The notes beneath the pieces were generated by a model. It was not told where the DNA came from, did no database searches, and worked only from the letters and a program-made list of their open reading frames with translations. A DNA stretch of 64,000 bases, from the NCBI GenBank assembly GCA_963796965.1, contig CAWCNS010000002.1, positions 64,001 through 128,000 on the forward strand, in the 5' to 3' direction. Below are positions 1 to 10,576 of this stretch, piece by piece. Position 1 is the stretch's first letter. Every line of letters begins with the position of its first letter. The position numbers and the translations under genes are program-made. Source of the stretch: Calditrichia bacterium. Its GTDB lineage: Bacteria > Calditrichota > Calditrichia > JAJRVZ01.

Positions 1-130
1 ATTCCTCTTCAACAGAAGGCAAGGAAAAAGTTGGTGCTTCGCATCCTATGCAAAGGGGATCTTCTGTTTGTTGGGCCGTTAGCAGATTTGAAAATAACAG
101 GATTAGAACGAGAAGTAAATTAGCACGCAA
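1..130 (-). CDS. 5' part of an exported redoxin/TlpA-like protein, truncated by the window edge
   Basis: AAGGAGA RBS then TTG at 130; reads MRANLLLVLILLFSNLLTAQQTEDPLCIGCEAPTFSLPSV, i.e. a signal peptide plus the L.xG..AP.FSL start typical of AhpC/TSA-redoxin folds. Not in the ORF track. Confidence 0.55.
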   Translation of the reverse strand, partial: MRANLLLVLILLFSNLLTAQQTEDPLCIGCEAPTFSLPSVEEE

Positions 131-418
131 AATATTTTCTCCTTTAATGGAAGCGTAAACGTAGACGCCTGAATATCAAAATGAGTTCTGCCGAAAACAA
201 GCAGATCTCTCTGTGTTATAAGATTAGTAAAGAGCACCTTAGATAAGCTTTTATCAGTTAACGTCTCGGTAAAGATAATATTCCCTACAATAAAATTCAC
301 AAAAATTTTAAATAGAATATAATGTTATATTAAGATTTAATGTTGTTGCAGATCACCTTCTTGATAGTGTATTTCCTGACATTGAAATAGTTTAAAATTT
401 GATAAATACAGAATCCGT

Positions 419-1603
419 TCAGACCGGACAGATTTTTCCAAGAAATACGGGCCTGCTTGCACCTGTTACACCGGGGAGATTTGAATAATTGCCTCTAATC
501 ATTTCATTTGCTAAAATGGCGAAACAAATAGCCTCTTTAGAATCTTCATCAAGACCGAATTGACCGGATAGTTTAACCTCTACTCCATCAAAATATTCTG
601 CCAAGGACTTCATTAAAAATCGATTATGACATCCTCCTCCCCCAACATATATTTCCTTAATATCCCTTTTTACAAATTTTTCTGCGGCCTGCCAGATAGT
701 AAAAGCGGTATATCTTGAAACGGTATGAATAATATCAGGTTCAGAAATGCGGCGACGGAGCGCCTTTTTTAATAACCCCAGAACAAATTCCTTGCCATAA
801 TGCTCCCTTCCCGTAGATTTAGGAGGTGCTAACAGAGGGAAAGAATCCTCCTTTAAAAGATAGTCAAATAGTTTTTCAGAAAAATTACCCAAAGATGCTT
901 TTTCACCGTTATTATCAATTGGTAATTCATAGAGGCGTTGCATTAATTGATCGATAAGCATATTTCCCGGTCCGGTATCAAAGGCAAGCACATCTTCTTT
1001 TCTACCATTTTCAGGCACAAAGGTAAAATTAGCAATACCGCCAATATTTAAGACCAGAACATTTCGTTTTAGCTTTGAAAAGAGCAACCAATCGACGTAA
1101 GGTACAAGGGGTGCTCCCTGTCCTCCCAAAGCCACATCAGCGACCCTAAAATCACCAATAGTCGCGATCCCACTTAATTGCGCTAACACCGCAGGGTCAC
1201 CAATTTGAAAGGTTGAACTTATCTGCCGACCAATAAAATTTTCTGCTATCGGCATATGGTAAATAGTCTGGCCATGGCTGCCAATTAGATCAATATCTTT
1301 GGCATTCAACTTAGCCTTTTTTAGCATCTCCTTGATAGCCCCAGACCAAACATCAGCCAGAAAAAAATTCAACTGACTAAGTGATTTCAAATCCGTTCTT
1401 CCGGATTCAAGGGTTTCCAACAGATAACTCTTTTGTGATAAATCATAGGGCTTGTGATACGAATGGTCTAATTTATAGGAGGTCGATGTTCCGGATCCCG
1501 TTATCTCGATCAGAGCCAGGTCGACACCATCACAGGAAGTTCCGGACATCAGACCAATTATCTTGAGGGATTTTTTCTTTCGAAAATTCAATAATTGTTT
1601 CAT
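419..1603 (-). CDS. anmK: Anhydro-N-acetylmuramic acid kinase
   Basis: GLMSGTSCDGVD, IGSHGQT, GGQGAPLVP, NIGGIANFT, FDTGPGN, PPKSTGRE, KEAICFA motifs. Confidence 0.95.
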   Translation of the reverse strand: MKQLLNFRKKKSLKIIGLMSGTSCDGVDLALIEITGSGTSTSYKLDHSYHKPYDLSQKSYLLETLESGRTDLKSLSQLNFFLADVWSGAIKEMLKKAKLNAKDIDLIGSHGQTIYHMPIAENFIGRQISSTFQIGDPAVLAQLSGIATIGDFRVADVALGGQGAPLVPYVDWLLFSKLKRNVLVLNIGGIANFTFVPENGRKEDVLAFDTGPGNMLIDQLMQRLYELPIDNNGEKASLGNFSEKLFDYLLKEDSFPLLAPPKSTGREHYGKEFVLGLLKKALRRRISEPDIIHTVSRYTAFTIWQAAEKFVKRDIKEIYVGGGGCHNRFLMKSLAEYFDGVEVKLSGQFGLDEDSKEAICFAILANEMIRGNYSNLPGVTGASRPVFLGKICPV

Positions 1604-1657
1604 GAAGTTTTCACTTTTCTCTTCTCCACTCCTTTTTCACTTTTGCCCGGGGTTAAA

Positions 1658-3831
1658 TCAAAGTTTCCCTGATAATGTTAAAACAATATTTCGTGTAGGA
1701 GCAATGGATCCTACCAAATCAACATAATGATACTGGAATACATTATTTAGTTGGAGCGAAGTTTTCAGTTTAAGATCATTTAGCGAAAAAGAATAGATAA
1801 TTCGAAGATCAACTATATGAGCAGGCACGCGTGCCTCAGCATCCGCAATAAAGAGAGATAAATTTTCATCGATGCGATCCCAGTCAGAAATAAATCGATA
1901 ATCAAACCCAAATTGAAAATCTCCCCATTCATACAGGGCATGATCATAGAGCAGATGTCGCGACCGAAAAATCAGAAAATCATTTTTTGTTAGATCCCTG
2001 GCATCTACAAATGTATATCCGATATGATTGGTTAGTCTGTCATTTAGCGCTTTTAGACTAAAATTGATTTCAAAACCGACTGTCCTGGCATTGGTAACAT
2101 TCCGAAATTGAATTTTCTGATCTCCTGTGAACGTCCCTTCAATCAAATCCCAGAATCGGTTATAAAATAAAGCAAGATCAAAAAAGTAACTTTTACTAAA
2201 AAACTGGTTATAACCTATTTCTAAAGACTGGCTACGCTCAGGTTTTAAGTCATAATTTGGGATCACTTCTAGTCCACTTGCTGTGGTATTGGTAAATACT
2301 TCTGCAATTGATGGTGCCCGAAATCCTCTCCCTGCTGACAATCTAAAAGCTGTGGCATTTGCTGCTTTGTATACAAGGCCAAGTTTCGGATTTATCTGAT
2401 AGTCATCACCCAGACTGTCCATGGTAAAATAATCAATACGAAGACCCGGGGTAATATGAAAATTCTCAAGCCATTTTATCTCATCCTGAACATAAAAAGT
2501 CTGCATTCTTTCCCGAATTATCTGAAAAAATATTGGACGATACCTGGCTAAAATTTCCTTCAAGCCCAAGAGTCAATTGATGATCCTGGATATGATAATT
2601 ATATTGAAATTCCGCGTCCCAGAAATTAGATCTTGATTGGTTCCCTGTAAAATTTTCTTCGGCCCCAATATTATCATCAAATTTATTTTGAAACCAAATG
2701 GATTTAAATGAAAAGTATTGATCCTTATCAATAATATGTCGGTAATCACCGGAGATATGCCAGCGTTTTGAAATCACTTTATCATTGAGTTGCTCATCCG
2801 GTGGTTCAAGAGCATTATTAAGATCTTTCCAGTATAAAAAGTTGGCACGCTCCTGATCCATATAAGTAGCAGAAAGTGTTAACTCCTGGAAAGCTGAAAG
2901 ATCAAAATTTAAGGCACCGCTGAAATGATATCTCTTCATCCAATCATTCCGACGGTAGTCTGTCATCCTGATCATGTGATGCCCCAAATCGATAACCAAC
3001 GGCTCCTGATTTGTTCGAATAATTAAATTTTATTCCTGCCATAAAGCGGGATCTATTCGACCAATCCCATTCCGGGTAATAGGTATCGGAATATAAACCA
3101 CCATACATTCTGAACGTCAGATGCGGATCAGCTTCGATTTTTTTATTTATAACATTGATCACACCACCGATTGCACTAGATCCATAAAGAGCTGAACCAG
3201 CACCTTTTACAATCTCAATTCTTTCAACTTCTTGAATTGAAATTGATTCAAAGTTTGCTTCTTTTGTATCACCCGTGAGATAGGGTATTCCATCCATCAA
3301 CATCATTACCCGGCTTCCGGCACCACGACTATACCCACTTGAACCTCGAATATTAATCTGGTCACCGGTTAAGGTAACACCAGAAACATATTGTAAGGCT
3401 TCGTCAAGTGTCACCGCATTGCGGTTCTCAATTTCTGTTACTGTTATATTTCCAATACTTACCGGTACATCTTGAATATTTTGAGCATACCGGGACGCTG
3501 TCACCACAATGGGCTGAGATTGTAATGCAACTGGATCTAGCTGAATATTGCCGACATCAACAATATCATCTTCCGTTCCAATTTTCACCTCTTTCATTTT
3601 ATATCCAATCATTGAGATGATAAGTGAAAATTGTCCCCGGGGTGCCCGGACAATCTGAAACATTCCCTGATCGTCAGAGGCAGCCCCCATGACCGTTCCC
3701 TTAAGATAAACATTTGCCCCGGCAACCGACTGCCCTTCTTCATCTACGATTTTGCCTTTGATTACAGATTGTGCCATCACCATCGAACAAATCGAGAAAA
3801 ATAGAAGAATATATTTTAAAATGACTTTCAT
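1658..3831 (-). CDS. TonB-dependent receptor with N-terminal CarboxypepD_reg-like domain (split by frameshifts near 2955 and 2500)
   Basis: Three overlapping ORFs join: signal peptide, GANVYLKGT, plug (IRGSSG, IEIVKGAGSALYGSSAIGGVINVI), barrel end (FRAPSIAE, LKPERS, LNNVF). Confidence 0.85.
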
Positions 3832-3987
3832 TTATATCCTAAAAACATCCCATTGAAATACGTTCCTCTCCGGTTCACTAACCGGCGCTAAATCATTCCT
3901 GATTAAATTGTTGCCTCCCAAATCATACATGATTTGGCTCGTATCCAGCATCCCGTATCGACTATTATGTCTCTCCAAAAATTCACA

Positions 3988-4491
3988 TTAAAATGGTTGA
4001 ATCGGTAAGTCTTTAAAATCTACTTTTATATTAATATTTCCAAGAATACCTCCTGGTTTAACCGTAATCGAGGTTGGCAACGGATCTGTTGGCACCGTAT
4101 CATATTGACCTGCGGCAAGCCAATCTGAACTAATATTTGATCCAAATTGTTGGGCAACAACAACATATTCATAAACACCAGGATCCAATTCTAGGAGGAA
4201 ATATGTCGTATCTGCATAATAAGGCAAATTTGATTCATTTAATCCAGGATAGACCGTTGCATTTCCAGATAGAACCTCACCAAGGATATCCCCGGGGGGA
4301 TAATTTTTAAAAACAACCAAACGTAAATCGTTCAAGCTATCTGCCGGAGGCCAATTTTGATAACTTATATATCCACGAATGCCTGCTCTTCCATCCGCAT
4401 CTACACCTGTAGGTTTTAAGCCATGGTCGCAGGAGGGAAATATAACGAATACGATTAGAGTTAGTATTATGGAGAAGATTATTCTATTCAT
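3988..4491 (-). CDS. Hypothetical lipoprotein upstream of the TonB receptor
   Basis: Probable start MNRII at 4491, hydrophobic stretch and FPSC lipobox; same strand as the receptor. Confidence 0.7.
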   Translation of the reverse strand: MNRIIFSIILTLIVFVIFPSCDHGLKPTGVDADGRAGIRGYISYQNWPPADSLNDLRLVVFKNYPPGDILGEVLSGNATVYPGLNESNLPYYADTTYFLLELDPGVYEYVVVAQQFGSNISSDWLAAGQYDTVPTDPLPTSITVKPGGILGNINIKVDFKDLPIQPF

Positions 4492-4600
4492 GGTATGATA
4501 TAAATTTGTTTTAATTCTCACTGCCCAAATATACAGGAATTTGACATAAATCATCACATAAAATTTCTGATTTGTTACTTATATTTATCTGCTAATATTT

Positions 4601-4628
4601 TAAAGATTGTGGTATTGGTGTCCGATAA
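4601..4628 (+). promoter_or_regulatory. Putative sigma-28 (FliA/SigD)-type promoter
   Basis: TAAA-N16-TCCGATAA versus consensus TAAA-N15/16-GCCGATAA, about 155 nt upstream of ORF 4785. Confidence 0.45.
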
Positions 4629-4784
4629 TTAATCATATGTACAAAAAATCATTAATATAGGTCTATTGTTGTTAGTGGAACTTATCCATCTTCATTTTCT
4701 TCAATCGCGATAATCCGAATTGTAATCATTGATGAAGTTATAAGAAAAACAAAGCAGCACAAACACTTTTAGTGGGAGTGAAAA

Positions 4785-5147
4785 ATGGCAGAGAATAGAG
4801 TAGATTTAAAGAGATTAATCCTTCTGATAAAAGAGAACAAGGATTTTGAGGCTAATTTAATTCTTGATGAAGGATGTATACTTGAAACTGCTGATCCAAA
4901 ACCTCTCGTAAAAGTGATCAATTATTTTATCAATTATCTTGGTCAATTATCAGAACAGCCATTGGAAATTTCGTTGGATCTCAGAAACAACGACAATCTT
5001 CTCAGTTTTATGGTTTATACTGATAAATCAGATATCCCCTCAGTTAGCTCTGAAGTTCAGGATGTTCTTAAAAATTACAAAGCTTCTTTAGAGCCAATTC
5101 ATGAGAAAGGAAAATACATTCAATTTAAACTTTCATTTGCCCACTAA
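4785..5147 (+). CDS. Hypothetical protein resembling a stand-alone degenerate HATPase_c domain
   Basis: GGGAG RBS; ADPKPLVKVINYFINY resembles the N-box helix; C-terminal VLKNYKASL..HEKGKYIQFKLSF resembles the HATPase end; no G1/G2 boxes. Confidence 0.6.
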   Translation: MAENRVDLKRLILLIKENKDFEANLILDEGCILETADPKPLVKVINYFINYLGQLSEQPLEISLDLRNNDNLLSFMVYTDKSDIPSVSSEVQDVLKNYKASLEPIHEKGKYIQFKLSFAH

Positions 5148-5169
5148 CTGCTAGCCGCAATAAAGCAAA

Positions 5170-6965
5170 TTACTGCTGTGCTGACTGCATTCTTTCAAGA
5201 AACTGCTCAGCCTCTTCGAACCCTGTCAAACGAAGATTCTCAATTTCTGAACCGCTTTTATCTAAAAACACAATCGTCGGTACACCCATTATATTAAACT
5301 TTGTTCTCAAATTATTCGTTTCTTCTGATTGGAACCGGGTGAGATCTGCTTTAATTGTTACAAAACCTTCAGACTTTTGAATGACCTGCTCATTACTAAA
5401 AGTAAACTTATCCAACTCTTTACAAGGAATGCACCAGTCTGCATAAAAATCAATAATGACAGGTTTTTTAGATACCATTGCCTGCTCTAATTCTTCAGCC
5501 GTGTACACTTGCCAGGCAATCTTTGCTCCCTCATCAGATTCAGTAGGAATAACAAAATATAAACCTATCAAAATAAATAAACTTCCAACAAGATAACGCG
5601 TAATTTTAAATGCTTTTGTACCTGTATTTTTATCCAACCAACCAACATAGATTCCGGCAACAATAGATAACAGAGCAAGTAAAATATAATAAATCGTCTT
5701 GCTCGGAAAAAGTGGTTCAAGGAAATAAATGGCCATACCTATTAAAATAAATCCAAAAATATTTCTTACCCAAACCATCCAGGCACCAGATCGAGGTAAT
5801 CGCGTTGCCGCTCCTGAAAAAATACCTAATACCAGAAATGGTGTACCCAATCCCATTGCCAGGACAAAGAACATCCAGAAACCAAGAACCGGATCCCCAG
5901 CTCACTTACATAAGTGAGTAAACCAAGTACAAAGGGCCCTATGCAAGGGGCGGCAATTAAGCCAACAGTTAACCCCATAAACATCGTACCGATATATCCT
6001 GCCCTGTTCTTGCTACCCATCATAGCTAAAGACTGGGGGATACGTATTTCATATAATCCAAACATGCTAAGCGCAAGTCCTAACATCACAAGGGCAACAA
6101 AAATAAGGACAAGTGGATTTTGCAAGGCACTTCCTAACAAACTACCCGTTAAAGCGGCCAGGACCCCAAGGATAGAATAGGTGATAGACATCCCAAAGAC
6201 ATAAATCGCCGCCCTGAAAACTAAAGCTGTTTTATTTCCCTCCGACTGGCCACCAAAATAACTGATTGTGATAGGTATCAAAGGATATACACAAGGTGTA
6301 AGATTTAAAGCCAATCCACCTAAGAAAATAAAGATAAAGGCATAAAACAGGCCACTTTCTTTTATTACATTAGAGAATTCATTGTTTTCATCTGAGACAT
6401 TTTGTCCTTCAAATTGGGGTAACATTTTAGCAAAAATAGCTTCATTGGTTTTAGAGACGATTGTACCCATCTCGCGAACCGATACCAATGAAGCAACATA
6501 ATATTGTGTAGGTGCAAGGCAACTTTCATCATTACAAGCCTGATAAAATATATTTCCACTAATCTTTAGTTCACTAACTTTTATATTTGGAGAAATAGTG
6601 ACAGTTGTGAGCGCATAAACTCTTCCCTCATAAACAGACATTTTTGTATCAGAGAAGGAAAATTTTCGCAACTCGGGCTCCATATATCGGATTTTACCAA
6701 ATGTTATACCCTCTGTTTCATCAAACTTTATCTCCGTCGGAATAAGAAAGTCTTCCAGCGGTTCATTTGAGTTAACATGCCAGTTTTCTTTAATAGACAT
6801 TTCTACTAATAATTGATAACTCTCTTGCTTTGTAAGTTCTTCTGCAGGAAGTAAAATTCGGGCAGTGAGAATTTCTTCTGCTTTATCTGCAAACTGGTCG
6901 CCAGGACCGGCCCATAATAAAGTTGCTGCAAAAAACAATAGTAGCATAATATTAATATTTCTCAT
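5170..6965 (-). CDS. dsbD: Thiol:disulfide interchange protein DsbD (frameshift near 5890)
   Basis: DsbD-alpha YQACNDESC, TM domain LTPCVYPLIP and AAPCIGP, thioredoxin DFYADWCIPCK. Confidence 0.9.
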
Positions 6966-7347
6966 ACCTTTTACCTCTGTTCTTCACTTATATTTTCAAA
7001 CGAAATCTTTATTTATCGACGCTACGTTCTCTCTCACTACAATGAATGAGAGTTTACTTAAACAAATGAACATCTATCTTACCAATTTACATTATTTACA
7101 TAAAGATATGCAACCTATCAGAGAGCGAATCTTTCCTTCGCCATATATGGTTTTCATACACCCAAATATCTGGTAACCGGATAAATATGACTATTATTAT
7201 TATCAAAAGATTAGATTCCATTTTTAAAAATAAGTTTCATCAATATAAAAATTTATTTTGGTTCCCGTATTTTGTATTTTGTAGAGATATCATAATCCAA
7301 AATATTTCAGTTTTATCAATTCACTTATTCAAAAGGAAATTGCATCC

Positions 7348-8676
7348 ATGAGGTATTTTCCTATTCTATTTCTATTTCTGATTTTTGCCGGTTACGCCAG
7401 TGCGTCAGATAATTTACAGGGACAGATACTTTCAGCAAAAAACAAGGTCTTTCCAGCCCTGGTTCATATTGAACCAGTAAAAGAGGTCTTCGAAAACGGA
7501 AAAAGAGTCAAAGTCCAGGTAACCGGGTCGGGCGTTATTTTTAGTCCTGATGGTTATATCTTAACAAATAATCATGTTGCTGAAAAGGCCCGCTATGTCT
7601 TTTGTACACTATCAAATCGGGATGAGGTTCGTGCCGAAGTTATCGGTCTCGACGCCCTCACTGATCTTGCAGTACTTAAGCTTGATTTGAGTGATAAGGA
7701 TTATAAGACCGTATCCTATGCAAATTTTGGCGACAGTGATACTCTTGAAGTTGGTGAAATTGTTATGGCTTTAGGATCACCATTAGGATTGAGTCGCTCA
7801 ATGTCATTAGGCGTTGTTTCTTCAATTGACCGATATTTTGAAGATATTGGCGAAATGGTATCACCCTACAACTTGTGGATTCAAACCGATGCTGCCATCA
7901 ACCCTGGAAATAGTGGAGGTCCACTAATTAATATCAATGGGGAAGTAGTAGGTATCAATGCACGTGCTATATTTTTTGGTGAAAATCTTGGCTTTGCAAT
8001 TCCCATTAATACGGCCAAGTTAGTTATTGATCGTATCCTTAAATATAAAGTTGTGAGAAGATCGGTTATTGGGATTGATTGGCAGGAAATAAAGGACTAC
8101 AGAAAATACAAAAAAGACTCAGATCTTGAAGGTGTATTGATAGCGAATATTGATAAAATATCTCCTGCAGAAAAAGCGGGATTAAAACCCGGAGATGTCA
8201 TCTATTCAATAAATGCGAGACCTATAAGTGCTCTTTATAAGGAAGAATTGCCAAAGATACGGAAATATGTTTCTGAAATACCCGTTGGCCAGCAAATCAC
8301 CTTCAAATTTTTACGGGATGGCAAAAAAGAGCAGTTGGAGGTCATTACTGATCAACGTGGAAAGTTTGAAGGCAATGAATTTGAATGTGAAAACTGGGGC
8401 CTATCTGTTAAGGAGATAACACCTCGTATCATTAAAAACCTTAGACTGAAAGATGGTAGTGGGGTCCTGGTAAGCGGCGTCAGGATTGGAAGCCCGGCTG
8501 ATGAGGCTGATGTTTACAGGGGATATGTAATTCAAAATGTAGATGGAATAAAGATTTCTGATCTTGAGCAATTTAAAGAAATATATCAGACAGCAAAACA
8601 ACTCCCGGCGAAAGGACGAATGCTGGAACTGGTTTACAAAGAATCGCTGATCTTCGCTCTGCTTAAGGAGGAGTAG
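7348..8676 (+). CDS. HtrA/DegP-family serine protease with two PDZ domains
   Basis: Signal peptide; triad TNNHV, DLAVL, INPGNSGGP; two PDZ (SPAEKAGLKPGD, GSPADEAD). Confidence 0.92.
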   Translation: MRYFPILFLFLIFAGYASASDNLQGQILSAKNKVFPALVHIEPVKEVFENGKRVKVQVTGSGVIFSPDGYILTNNHVAEKARYVFCTLSNRDEVRAEVIGLDALTDLAVLKLDLSDKDYKTVSYANFGDSDTLEVGEIVMALGSPLGLSRSMSLGVVSSIDRYFEDIGEMVSPYNLWIQTDAAINPGNSGGPLININGEVVGINARAIFFGENLGFAIPINTAKLVIDRILKYKVVRRSVIGIDWQEIKDYRKYKKDSDLEGVLIANIDKISPAEKAGLKPGDVIYSINARPISALYKEELPKIRKYVSEIPVGQQITFKFLRDGKKEQLEVITDQRGKFEGNEFECENWGLSVKEITPRIIKNLRLKDGSGVLVSGVRIGSPADEADVYRGYVIQNVDGIKISDLEQFKEIYQTAKQLPAKGRMLELVYKESLIFALLKEE

Positions 8677-8677
8677 T

Positions 8678-10111
8678 ATGAAATTTATATCAACTTTTTT
8701 GCTGATCCTGTTTATTTGCCAAACTTCTATCGTCACAGCACAATCTAATTTGGACTGGCCTGAAAACATTAAAAAGTTTGACCAGAGTATTTGCATTGTA
8801 GAATATTTTCAACCTCAGGTCGAGATTGGTGAAATTAAAGACAAGAGCAGAATTAAGAGAAAGATTACAGGTATTCTTGTCAATGAGGAAGGATTAGTTG
8901 TAACCTCTGACATTATTTATCCGGCTAATTTAGATATTGTAGAAACAACTGCATTTTACTTTACCACCCAACCACTCCCGGAAAATATTACAGTCTCATT
9001 TGAACGTGACAAAAAACTTAAAGCAAAATTTCTTGGCAAAGATGAAGATCTGCGTCTGGCATTTTTACAAATTATTGAAACAGATGATTTGCCAGATCCA
9101 GTAGAGTTTGAAGATAAAGAGGCCTTTCAAATCGGTGATCCGATATTTTTGATTCAGCACTTAAATGGACGATTCGATTTTGAAAAGATTATTACAGCCC
9201 ACAACGTAAACACAATTATTCAAAAACCAAAAACTAAACTGTTAACAACATCTAAAATCAGCGCATTATCACCAGGTGGTCTTGTTGTTGATATCAATGG
9301 TAAAGCTATTGGGACAATTTATCGCGGTGAAAATTATTATATCCAGTACGATTATGAATACGAAGCCCCGTATGCTAATGAGACATTGTTGCAGATTACG
9401 CCTTCTGCTCAATTTTTCAAATTGATAAAAAATCCTCCGAAAATTCTATCGCAGAAAGAGGGCAGTGGAAAAAGTTGGCTTGGCATCCAAATGCAAATAT
9501 TAACAAAAGATATGGCTGCTTATTGGGGGCTAAATAATACTTTTGGGATTATTATTAATAAAGTTACGACCGCCTCACCTGCTGAAAAAGCTGGGTTAAA
9601 ACAGGGAGATATCATCATTTCATTGGGAGACCTCAAATTCCAGGGTTATGACAAGAAGAATCTCGATGTATTACGCACTTATGTCAGAAATTTACCGGAA
9701 GGAAATATATCGGCAGATATCATGAGAGATAAAAAACTGACAACCCTAACAATTCCTTTAGAGAGTGCCCCAAAAAGCAGATTTTTGGCGGAGGAATATT
9801 CGAATGGTTTTCTTGGTATTGGAGTGAAGGAATTAACGCAGGATTATATCATAAATAACGATCTTGATTTTAATACAGAAGGCGTCTGGGTTTCGAGGAT
9901 TGAGGATGCAGGAGCAGCCAGTATTGCTGGTATCGAAATTAACGATCTGATTTTACAAATTAATGAATCTGAGATTAAAGATCTGGAAGAATTTGAGAGG
10001 AATACAAAAAATATTCAAGATTCCAGTGAAAAATATATCCAAATATTTCTGAAAAGAATGGGGAAAACTCGTTTTGTATATATAAAGATGCTACCGGACG
10101 ATATTAGATAG
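8678..10111 (+). CDS. HtrA-like protein with two PDZ domains, catalytic residues apparently lost
   Basis: Signal peptide; trypsin-like layout but VTSDII replaces TNxHV and ALSPGGL replaces GNSGGP; WLGIQMQ, SPAEKAGLKQGDII and a second PDZ. Confidence 0.8.
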   Translation: MKFISTFLLILFICQTSIVTAQSNLDWPENIKKFDQSICIVEYFQPQVEIGEIKDKSRIKRKITGILVNEEGLVVTSDIIYPANLDIVETTAFYFTTQPLPENITVSFERDKKLKAKFLGKDEDLRLAFLQIIETDDLPDPVEFEDKEAFQIGDPIFLIQHLNGRFDFEKIITAHNVNTIIQKPKTKLLTTSKISALSPGGLVVDINGKAIGTIYRGENYYIQYDYEYEAPYANETLLQITPSAQFFKLIKNPPKILSQKEGSGKSWLGIQMQILTKDMAAYWGLNNTFGIIINKVTTASPAEKAGLKQGDIIISLGDLKFQGYDKKNLDVLRTYVRNLPEGNISADIMRDKKLTTLTIPLESAPKSRFLAEEYSNGFLGIGVKELTQDYIINNDLDFNTEGVWVSRIEDAGAASIAGIEINDLILQINESEIKDLEEFERNTKNIQDSSEKYIQIFLKRMGKTRFVYIKMLPDDIR

Positions 10112-10123
10112 GAGAGGACTTTA

Positions 10124-10576
10124 ATGGACATTTTACAAACAATCTTTGATAAACAATTTGAATTGAATAAGAGAATATTAAAAGAACGACATGGACTAGA
10201 TTTTGAAGATATTTGTGACCATTCTAACCAGGACGAAAAAAATGAAAATCTACGTGTCCAATGGTTACTTAATTATAGTCGTGCACAAATTCATGAATCT
10301 ATTGAATTAGAAGATTCCTTACCCTGGAAATGGTGGAAAGACAAATCTGAGATAGACTGGCAAAACATTGGTATTGAATTGATCGATGAATTACATTTTT
10401 GGGTAAGTAAATGCCAACTGGCCGGATTAGATGTAGAAAAATTAGCGGACCTCTATCATAAAAAAAACAAACTTAACCAACTGCGCCAGGATAAAGGGTA
10501 TGGTAGTACCTATCAGAAAATTGATAAAAATGGTGTCGAAGATAATAAACGTATGGAGGATCTTTTAGGTGATTAA
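10124..10576 (+). CDS. Dimeric (all-alpha) dUTPase family protein
   Basis: ESIELEDSLPWKWWK, ELIDELHF, YHKKNKLNQLRQDKGY motifs; AGGAGAGG RBS. Confidence 0.85.
   Translation: MDILQTIFDKQFELNKRILKERHGLDFEDICDHSNQDEKNENLRVQWLLNYSRAQIHESIELEDSLPWKWWKDKSEIDWQNIGIELIDELHFWVSKCQLAGLDVEKLADLYHKKNKLNQLRQDKGYGSTYQKIDKNGVEDNKRMEDLLGD

Noticed and set aside
3833..3952. 39-aa ORF between the lipoprotein and the TonB receptor
   Set aside because: No convincing RBS, and its start lies in degenerate GATAC heptamer-like sequence.
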